Assembly (NCBI GenBank): GCA_015680685.1
Contig: MNCI01001832.1
Coordinates: 537,018-601,017, forward strand
DNA length: 64,000 nt
From: Gnetum montanum
Taxonomy: Eukaryota > Plantae > Gnetophyta
Reading direction: 5' to 3'
Shown here: piece after piece, positions 53,601 to 64,000 of the stretch
How positions within the stretch are numbered: position 1 is the stretch's first letter
Layout: the number at the start of each line of letters is the position of its first letter
Made by a program: the position numbers and the translations under genes
The notes under the pieces: model-generated
Seen by the model: the letters and a program-made list of their open reading frames with translations, nothing else
Told to the model about the DNA's origin: nothing
The model's database searches: none

Positions 53601-55789
53601 TAAGTATACACATTACATCACAATGACATAATAATTACAAGTCATCATTACATAAATATTACATCATACAAAAATGTATAGGTCACAACATGCCATAAGT
53701 CAATTAATGAATAATCATCCAAAAACTAGTATTATAGGCATCAACTTTCATACAAAGCATACTTATGATAGAATATACAAAATGACCATAGTTTATTCAT
53801 TAAGCACTAGCCAATCCTAAGAAAATAGTGATATAGACATTGACTAAATACATATGTAAATGTATATATTGACATCCACACATTCCAAACATGCACACAT
53901 CATCATGTACAAAGGCATAACATCATAGGCAAGTCAAAATGTAGTTCGAAATTCTTTTACTCTTCTACATACTATACATATATCTCTTTATTCTAATCAT
54001 GATCTTGATTGTGGCTGACTACAATGTCAGTTCTTGACAAAGGATTATAACTTGGCCATTTCTTGCATTGACCTCACATCTTATCACTTAAACCAACCTC
54101 TCTATTTTTGGAAGTTCCATTATGACTTGCATCTTGTACATGACCAAAGTAAAAATCTAACTATGACCTCAATGCCCTAGCATAATTCTAGAGATAGGCT
54201 CACATCAACTAAAAAATCAAGAGTTGAAAATTAATGTGATCTACCAATGATCTAAGCATGATAAGACTATGAGGTATAATGAATCACACTAGAATAGAAA
54301 AGTAATAATGATGGCAAAACCAATATATAACCAACTCAAATTCCAATACATAAAAGTATAAATAGACAACACAAACTTTGTTAGTACTTGAGAATTTAAC
54401 AATTCATCTTTGCTACCTCAAAGACATGCCACATATCCATCAGCTACATAATAATCATAAATCATAAAAAGGCATATTATACACCATACAATAATACTAG
54501 GGCCTCTCATACATAATCCATATCATTTTAAATTCATCTCATATATGTCCTAAACATCTTGAACATATCCCCATGATCACACAAAAATTTTTTTGGCATG
54601 AAATGCAATAAAAATTATTATTAACATTGGATCTGGAACTTGAAATTTTTTGGATTTTGAGTAATTACAAGTTGATCATGAATTAACCATGAGTTATGGT
54701 CTAAAATGCCACAAGTTATGGTATTATTGTATGAGTCATGATGATGTTGAACATAAAGAGAAATAATTTTTAAGGAATCCATGACTTAACCACATGTTAC
54801 CGTGGTAGACCACATGTACATCATGATTTTTGGTGAATTTTCCTTTCCTAAATCTGGTACCATGATACAACCATGACTCATAATTATAATTTTGAGTTAA
54901 CCATGAGTTGATCATGAATCATGGTTGATGCCATGAGTTGACCATGAGTCATGGTTGGTACCACAAGTTAACTACAAGTCATGATGTTGGATCATGAGTG
55001 AATCATAGGTTGTGGTCTATGAAAAATATAAAAACTAGAATACCATGAGTGAGAAATGAGTCATGGTAAAAGATCATGAGTAAACCATAATTTATGGTAT
55101 GAAGAAAATTGATTTCTAAGACACCATGAGTCATGGTGAGCTCATGGTATGAAAACTTATAATACCATGAGTTAATCATGAGTCACTATGAAACTATCCT
55201 TCTACAATAGCTTGAGTTTTATAAATTGAAAATTAACAAACTTGGTATCCTTGGATTTACCTTAAGATTTTATTTATCTTGTAATATGATACTTGCAATA
55301 CATTGTTCAAGATAGCTATATATTTAAGAAGATTGGAGAAGAGCCTTTTACCTTCTATTGTAAACCTTGAATCAACATAAAAGAGAATACTTGAATGAAT
55401 TGAATGGAAATTTGGATCAAATTCTTGTGGTTCTTAATGAGGATGGGATTAAATAGGATAAGAGAAAAATTGGATAAAAGAAATTAGATCTTAAAGAGTT
55501 GAAGAGTTAAGAGAGTAAATTTGCATCAAGCTTTTTATCTGACAAATTTGTCATGTACATCAATGAATGGCCATCAAATTTATAGAAAAATATTGGGGTC
55601 ATACATAGGGTTAATGAAAAGCCATTTCTCAATTATAAAAAGTTAAAAATAATGAAAAAAGAAGGTGAATTAGGGAACAAAAAAATTACATCCACCTATC
55701 AATTCATTTTAATAATATAAAATTCAATTTATCTTCTATCTTGAAGTAATAACAAAGTATAAAAGTATCTTTTCTTCCTTTATTATTAT

Positions 55790-58700
55790 TGTTGATACAC
55801 TATCTCTAATAGTTCCTTATTTAGTATGCAATGCAAGGTTTTCCNTGCTCTCATACATGTTCTAAGATATATTAAAGGCACAACAAATCATGGACTCAAT
55901 TATACTAAAGGAATGAATACTTGCACACTTATTCAAATGTTGATTGGGGAGAAGATCAAAATGATAGAAAATATAGATTAGGAGTTATTATATTACATTG
56001 AGATAATGCACCATATTGGAAATTTGAAAAACAAACATCAATCAGTCTCTTAACTTGTGAAGTTGAATTCATAGCTATGGCTAAGTGCATATAGTATATC
56101 CTTTGGCTCAAGAAACTCATGACTCACATAAAATTTCAAGCTAATCTTCCAATAAAACTATTTTGTGATAATATAGTAGACATCCATTTATCAAATAACA
56201 TGTGCTACACAAGAAATCAAAGCACATAGCCATTAAATATTACTTCATCAAATAATAAGTGAACCATCAAACCTAAACATATGTAATCCAATGATCAACT
56301 AGCAAATTTATTGATTAAATATCTACTAAACTATAGAAATGAGTACCTTTGTCATGGAATAGGTATTAAGAAGATCCAATAATCAAGATAATAAGATAAG
56401 GAAAACCTTGCATTGCATACTAAATAAGGAACTATTAGAGATAGTGTATCAACAATAATAATAAAGGAAGAAAAGATACTTTTATACTTTGTTATTACTT
56501 CAAGATAGAAGATAAATTGAATTTTATATTATTAAAATGAATTGATAGGTGGATGTAATTTTTTTGTTCCCTAATTCACCTTCTTTTTTCATTATTTTTA
56601 ACTTTTTATAATTGAGAAATGGCTTTTCATTAACCCTATGTATGACCCCAATATTTTTCTATAAATTTGATGGCCATTCATTGATGTACATGACAAATTT
56701 GTCAGATAAAAAGCTTGATGCAAATTTACTCTCTTAACTCTTCAACTCTNTCCTTGGAGCTTATTTTAATCCATATAATGCTTTATTCAACTTGCATTGT
56801 TTTTCTTCTATTTATTTGATAACATATTACTCAAGTTGGTGGACATATACCTCTTCATTGATGTTTCCATTAAAGAAAGCTGAATTCACATTCATTTGAT
56901 GAAGTTAAAGATCATGATTGATAGCTATGAAAAGAATGAGTTTAATAGTTTCAAACCTTGCTATTGGTACAAATATCTCCTCATAATCTATATGCTTCTT
57001 TTTTTGAATACTGTTTACTAATTTTTCTTTTTCATTAAATTTTGTTTTATAAAAACTCTTACAAACTATGAATTTTTTTCTTTAGATTTGTCCATTAGCT
57101 CCTAGATATTATTCTTGATAATGACTTTATATTCATCATCCATGTTTTTCTTCCATTCTTTGTTCTTCAAGGATTCTTCTATATTTAATGATTCTTGACT
57201 AAGTGTTGAGTAGGTGATATTAGTTATGACATTTAATATTGTTGTCCTTATTTCAAAATTTATATCTATCATCTGATCATGAGAATGATCTTTTTAAACT
57301 TAAGCATTTGTTTTGGGTTAAGTTTGAATGACCTTTTTATCTTGGAAGAAGTCTAAATTTTCAAGATTCTCTTCTAAAAAACATCTCTTAATGAATATTA
57401 TTTTCATGCAATAGGATCATAGCAATTTTACCCACTAGTATTATAATCATGTTCAAGAAAAATGTAGTTTTTCTCTATCATTCAACTTGTTTAGTTTCTT
57501 AACATAGAAGTTGAGTCCAAATGTTCTCATGTGACAAATGTTGGGAAGTTTGTTATGAACAACTCATACAGAGTTTTATCATTATTGCTACTATTGATCA
57601 TCCTATTTGTGATATAGAATATCATAATTAAGGTCACACTCCAATAGCCATATGTGAGTTTAACATGTCTAAGTAGACATGTCATCATGTCTTGTAGTGT
57701 TGTATTTTCCCTTTGAGCAATTCCATTTAATTTATGGTTGTATCCACATGTGGTTTGATGAAATATATCTTCTTTAATGCAAAAATTAATGAAATGGTTA
57801 TTAATAAACTCTTCTCCTTTCTCTTTTTAAATTTTTTTAATTATGATATTATTATTTTTTATCAACATGAATAATTTTTAAAATAGTTGAATGTTTCATC
57901 TTTTCTTCTTATATTGTATATCCACAGGTATCTTTAATAGTAATATATTATCATAAGGAAATAATTTTCTCCTTCAATGAAGGTGATTGACATTAGGCCT
58001 ACAAGGTCCATATGAATAAGATTTAATTATTTAGTGGATTTGTGCATAGGATTGATGTGCGATGATCTTTTTTGTTTGCCTTATATGTAAAATTAATATG
58101 GTCTCTGATGTTCATGCTAATTTCTTTGTTCATTTTTTCTATTTTCAAAGAGGATGTGTGTCGAAGTTATTTATATCAAAATTTTGTGTCTTCACCTTGA
58201 AATTGATGGTTTTGGTTCTTTGTGGCTTTTATGGTGCTAGTACCATTGCTAATTTGTTGAGAAGACTTTATGTGATCAATGGTTTTAATGTAATTTTATT
58301 GATTTTTTGTTATATAAATGATATTTTCATTTAGGTCAAAGTACTCATAATTCAAACAATATACTTTATTGCTAAGTACCCTCATTTTGCAAACCTATTC
58401 TCCATTTGATTTTATTATGATGCATGTTTTACTTTTAAAGTTAACTTTGATGCCTCTATCTAACATTTACCCTACTAAAAGTAATGAGTTGAATAGCTAT
58501 AAAACATACTATACTTCAGAGATGGCTAATACTTTATTGTTGATGAGTTGGGTAACATAATCTCCTACACCTTCTATGATAAGAAATTACCATCATTAAT
58601 CTTGATGTTATCATTCTTTTGTGGTTTTTATTCAAGAATATATTATTTATAGGGAATCATATGATTAGAGCACTTGCTATCTATAATTCAGGCATCTTGA

Positions 58701-58960
58701 TTAACTATATTAATAGCCTTTAGATTAGAATGGTTATCTTGGCTAGGATTTCCTTCAACATTGATAATTTCCTTTTTACATGTATTGTTTTCTTTCTTCA
58801 TTTGTTGTTGTTAATAGATTTTAAAATCTATTCGTTTCTAGAAAACCTCATTTGTGTGATATCTTTTATTGCAAAATATGCATTTAGAGATTGATAAGTT
58901 TCTCTTATTGTAACTCCATCTTATTTTATTTGTCCATTGTACTTCATCTTTTTTTATGTT
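55790..58960 (-). mobile_element. Decayed Ty1/copia remnant; its RT-end/RNaseH piece (55846-56399) is assembled inverted
   Basis: Minus strand: CIFCNKRYH knuckle (~58860), IDSKCSNHM protease (~58670), HMDL.G and HQTTC..NGIA integrase, RT HQMNVNSAF and KLNKALYGLK*APR (~56750-56800). Plus strand 55846-56380: IKGT, KKQ-like, LFCDN, KHI motifs. Confidence 0.85.
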
Positions 58961-61900
58961 TGGCTTTAATACTAAATAGAAAAGTTGATTGGAATGAAAT
59001 AGTAAGAGAAAGATAATTAAAATTTAATCTTGATCTTGAAAATTTTTGGATTTTGAGCAACTACGACTTGACCATGATTTGTAGTCTACAATACCATGAG
59101 TCATGTTGATGCTAAAAATAAAGAGAACTAATTTTTGGGGATTACACAAGTCAACCATGAGTTGTGGAGATAGACCACGAGGATATAGCATGATTCATGG
59201 TAAAATTTCCTTTTTCTAAATGTTGTATCATGATACAATCATGAGTTGACTATGAGTTATGGTTGACACCACAAACTAACCATCAGTTGTGATGAAGTCA
59301 TGGTGCTAGACCATGAGTGAACTAATGATTGTGATATATGAGAAACATGAAAGTTGGAACACAATGAGTCATTGTGAAATGCCATAAGTGAACCATCAAT
59401 CATTGTATTAAGAAAATTAATTTCTAAGACACCATAAGTCATGGTGAGTTAATGATATAAAAACTTGCAACACCATGAGTTGACCATGAGTCATGATGAA
59501 ATTGTCCTTTTGTAATAACTTGAGTTTTATAAATAAAAATCAAAAAACTTTGTATCCTTGGATTCATCTTATAATTTTCTTTCTTTGAATCTTAATACTT
59601 GTAATACATTGTTTCAAGTAGCTATAGATTTGAGAAGATTGAAGAGAAACCTTTTACATTATGCTCCAAATCCTTAATCAACACTTGATTGGATTAAGAT
59701 TGAAATCAAATTTCTACAATTATTAATAAGGATGGGATTGAATAGGATAAGAGATAAATTAGATAAAAGAAATTAGAGCTTAGGGAGTTGAAGAGTCAAC
59801 TTAAGAGAGAAAATTCAAATCAAGCTTTACTATTTAGAAAATCAATCATTTACATAAATGAATAACCATCAAATTTAAAGGAAAATGTTGTGGCCACAAG
59901 TTAATTATAAAATGTGCAAAATAATGAAAAAAGAGGTGAATTAGTGTAAAGAAAATACACATTCCCATAAGTTTGTTTTAATAATATAAAATTCAACTTT
60001 TTTTCCAACTTGAATTGATAAAAAAGTGCAACATTATGTTTTTATACCTTTGCTTTCTTGTTGAAAGAGCTTTACATAATACACTATCGCCAACATCATG
60101 CATATATACATAGTAGCTGACACATTCCCACTCGATGTAAATCATGTGATTGTTAATATGAATAGTAGTTATATAATATTTTCTATTGGTTTTTTATTAG
60201 TTTTCGTTACATACATTACCACCATTGCTATTCCTTGTTTCCCTGCATGAAATCATAAATCACTAACCTTATGAAGTGTAGATTCATACATGCATGTAGA
60301 CCTCAAGATCTTGTACAAGATATAGGCTAAGCCTATGCTCTCCGACTCTTAGTATGAGGCCTAAGATAAGAGCCTCACTGATGCATCTTGTTAGGAATCA
60401 ACCCATCATTTCTAGGATGCCTCATCACAAACTAGTTCACAACCTTGTGTCAGCTTTACTAATCCATATTTATACATCACATTCATGATATAATTATAAT
60501 ATACATATATATTTTCATCATAGAAGCATCACAAGCATCACTACATGAACATCATAAACATAAATATTACATCATTGTTACATGGATATTATAGTCACAA
60601 CACATCACAATATCATTACATAAATATCACATCATATAGAAATACATAGATCACAACATGCCATAATCCAATCAATTGATAATCATCCAAGAATCACTAA
60701 TCCTAAGAAAATAGTACTATAGAAATTAACCAACATCTAAAGCATACTTACAATGGAATATTAACATGATCATAGTGCATTTATTAAACACCAATTAACC
60801 CTAAGCAAATAGTGTATAGGCATCAAATAAATATGTATGTAAATATATATACTAACATTGACACATTCTAAACATGCATGTACCATCATGTAGCACTACA
60901 TAACATCATATCCAAGCCATAATATAATTCTAAATTCTTTCACTCTTTCACACAATAGACATATACCCCTTTCTTCTAACTATGACCTTTGTCAAAACTC
61001 ATGACACACTTGTGTCAATCATTTACAAAGGATGATGACCTACTCATGCTTTACACTAGTCTCACACCTTACCTCTTAAACTAGCCTCTCCACTTATCAG
61101 ATGCCATAACGACTCATGTCTCTTTAACATCCAAAGTAAAAACTTAACTTTAATCATAGTGCCCTAGAATCACAATTGGGACAACTAAAAATATAGGAGT
61201 TGAAACTTGATGTAACCTACCTTTGATTTAACTATGACTAAGAGTGAGTCACATTGATTGAAAAATAAGAAACCAAGAACTATCATACTTGGAATATGAA
61301 TTGTATCCTTCTAATCCTTCCAATGTAATTACATTAGGAAGAAGATATATTTTATGATTTCAAAAAATAAATTAAAATATCATGAATTTAGTATGCTTGG
61401 GGTACAACCTAAATCCCAAAAATTCTATCACCATGACTTGTAATGACTTGCGCTAGGATAGAGAAAAAGTAATGATGATCAAACTAATATACAATCAACT
61501 TGAATGCTATTCCATACAATTATAAATAGACAATAAAATATATTTTAGCACCTAAGAATTTAGTAATCTATCTATACTATTCCCAAGGCATGCCATATAT
61601 CCATCATACACATATCAATTAAAGATTAGAATAAAGATACACTACATACTAATACCAGGGTCACTCATACATAATCCACATCATTACAATTCATATCATA
61701 GTGATCCTAAACATTTGACTATATCCTCATGACCATGCATATCTAGGTGGTATCTAACATAATCATACTTTGTGTAAAGCATAAGATCGTTGCCATGAGT
61801 ACTCATCATATAACATTGGCTATTGGTTTTTTATTAGTTTCCATCAAATACATTACTACTAATTCTTGTACCTACTACCTTGCACGCATTCATAGATTAA

Positions 61901-62405
61901 TAACCATCTAGAGGATAGATCCATGTATGTATATATATGACAAGATCTTGTACCAGCTATAGGCTAAGGCTATGCTTTCCCACTCCTAGTATGAGGTTTG
62001 AGATGGGAGACTTGCAAATGCATCCTAGTGGGGTTCAACCCATCACATCTAGTGTGGCTCATCGTAAATTAGTTTATAAGCTTGTATTGGCTTTACTAAT
62101 TCATATATACATATCACATCTATGATATAATCATAATATATACATTTTCCTCACCTAAGCATCACAAGTATAACACATCACATCATCCTTGCATAAACAT
62201 CACATCATACAAAAATACATAGATCACAACATGTCATAAGCTAATCAAATGATAATTATCCAATAATTACTAGTCTCTAGCAACTAGTATTATAGGCATC
62301 AATTAACATCCAAAGCATACTTATGATAGAATATACAACATGACCATGGTACATTTATTAAGAACTAATCAATCTTAAGCAACTAGTGTTATAGGAATCA
62401 ACTAA

Positions 62406-62406
<1 letters not shown>

Positions 62407-62438
<32 letters not shown>

Positions 62439-62447
62439 TATATATAT
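62407..62447 (+). repeat. (TACA)n(TA)n microsatellite
   Basis: Direct read of the sequence. Confidence 0.9.
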
Positions 62448-63829
62448 CAAAATTCATACATTCTAAACATGCATGCATTATCATGTACTAGGACATAACA
62501 TCATAGGCAAGCTAAAATACAATTTCAAATTCTTTCACTCTTCCATAGAACACACATATACCATTTTCTTCTAATTGTAACCTCAATATTAACTCACAAT
62601 ACACTTGCATTTGTCCTTTACAAAAGAACTTTAACCTTATCATGTCTTGCGCTAGCCTCACATCTTACCTCTTAAACTAGCCTCTCTACTTATCATAACC
62701 CCATTGTGACTCATGCCTCACTTGTCATTTAAGGAAAAACATGATCATGATCTTAATGATCCAATGTTGAGATTGAAAAAAAAATCATGTTAACTAAAAA
62801 ATAAGGAGTTGAAACTAGATGTGTGCTACCTATGATCTAACCATAACTATTAGCAACTCATGTTGTTTGAAAAATAAGAAATTTAGACTTACCACACATG
62901 TAGTATAACTTGTTTTCTTCCAATCCTCCTAATGTGACTACACTACAAGGGTAGTATGTTTTGTGATTCCAAAAATTTACTAAATTAAAATATCATGTCT
63001 ATAATATGCCTAGGGTATGATCCATCTCCATATAATCCAACCATTGAAACCTAGCTTTTGTAGGACCATTACCTATAATGATTCATGCTAGGATAAAGAA
63101 ATAGTAATGATGGACATACCAATATATAATCAATCTAAGTTCCATTATATGCAATCGTTAATAATAACATAAATTCTATTAACACCTAAGGATCCAACAA
63201 TTCATCCCTACTACCCTCAAGGCACACCATATATCCAGCATCCTTATATTAGTAATAGATAATAACATGATTCATCATACATCATATAGTAATACTAGGA
63301 TCATGCATACATAATTCACATAATCATAAATTTATGTAATAGAGATCCTAAACATCCTAACCTTATCCGCATGAACATGAATTAAAATCAAACTATCAAA
63401 AGTAAGAAATAGTTAAAGACAACCATTTAAAATTAAAAAGTTATAAAAACTAAAAACTAGAAACTAAAGTATCAAGATTCCACATACTTTAAGATCTTCT
63501 AGAATCTAAATAGAACTTCTCAACTTATGGCCTACCTAGCACCAAATCTTCAATGTCTCAAAAATCATGAAAATTGACTCGGAAATCAAAGGAGGAGAAG
63601 AAATACAACAAAAAATCTAGATGCATGATTGGGAGGGAAGAATAGAAAATGCCCTATATCTTATTTATAAATCAAAAGATAAATCATTTTATTTATGGCT
63701 TATATTTTTTAAAATTTTTCTATTAAATTTTCCCATTCCAAATAATAGTGAGGGATTCCCACACTTCCTAATATGCTCTTAGAACATCCAATTAAAATAA
63801 TGATTAACCTATCAACTTTATAACACATT

Positions 63830-64000
63830 TGATGAGACGCGACATGCATAGTGCCGCGATATCGCGTACGCGATATCGTGGCCGACGTGATATCGCATCC
63901 CCTACGATATCGCGTACGTGATATCGCGTTTTTCCCTGCGATATCGCGTACGTGATATCGCGGTCCGCCGCCATATCTATAAATAAGAGGCGGCACTCCC
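63830..64000 (+). mobile_element. Start (U3) of a very young Athila-type LTR of the same family as 18448-24706
   Basis: TGATGAG start, nearly undecayed CGCGATATCGCG array, TATAAAT at 63978-63984; reverse complement of 24545-24706. Confidence 0.9.

Larger units (their letters stand above)
52900..63400. repeat. Diverged kb-scale duplications in the 5' LTR region of element B
   Basis: Marker GCTAA[GT][CG]CTATGCT at ~53370, 60325 and 61962; 54600-55790 aligns with 59020-60060, each with ACCATGAGTCATGGT clusters. Confidence 0.75.
29174..63829 (-). mobile_element. Minus-strand Tekay-like element B (gag-PR joined to integrase tail/chromodomain), with nested insertions
   Basis: Partial 3' LTR 29174-~31056 aligns with ~62980-63820. 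PPT (taagtgagggagag on minus) at ~31057-31070. Integrase C-terminus/chromodomain 31080-31750; PR/gag remnants 50190-51800; PBS-like attataatacca at ~51974-51985. Confidence 0.65.

Noticed and set aside
55495-56749. 350-bp perfect inverted repeat (apparent TIR element or hairpin RNA)
   Set aside because: Bounded by Ns at 55845 and 56750. Flipping 55846-56749 removes the repeat and puts copia RNaseH on the same strand as RT, so it is a mis-oriented contig.
63709-63996. 95-aa ORF, and the similar calls at 24316-24674 and 40017-40208
   Set aside because: Chance frames through GC-rich LTR palindrome arrays.

Overview
AT-rich, strongly CpG/CHG-depleted eukaryotic DNA, almost certainly from a land plant. 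It is made entirely of nested LTR retrotransposons; I see no host gene, tRNA, rRNA or CRISPR array. (A) A decayed plus-strand Tekay/Del-type chromovirus runs from before base 1 to 29173, with ~4.2-kb LTRs. It contains an Athila-type LTR end (1819), a CRM-type Ty3/gypsy element (2671-9897, TSD ATTTT, itself holding an Athila-type solo LTR), a 4-kb solo LTR (13312-17311, TSD ATAGT) and a much younger complete 6.26-kb Athila-type element (18448-24706, TSD CTAAG). (B) A minus-strand Tekay-like element lacking RT/RNaseH starts at ~29174 and runs past 63829. It is split by an 18.4-kb Ogre/Tat-like element (31831-50185, TSD ATACT), a Ty1/copia remnant (~55790-58960) and another young Athila LTR (63830 to window end). 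The most interesting object is the non-autonomous Athila element. It has no RT, RNaseH, integrase or recognisable capsid, yet keeps one frameshift-free ~657-codon frame (unknown N-terminal domain, His/Arg/Ser-rich linker, aspartic protease). It also has a U-rich 15-mer array, three PPT-like boxes, an intron-fed ~75-aa membrane micro-ORF in the env position, and CpG-rich CGCGATATCGCG palindrome arrays in U3. A sister fragment (39986-41066) has the same intron placed before a full env-like ORF. The Ogre-like element carries a decayed antisense multi-exon accessory gene and a ~192-bp palindrome-bearing tandem array. Several apparent duplications at single-N joins are assembly artefacts. All family assignments are from motif recognition by eye; no searches were run.
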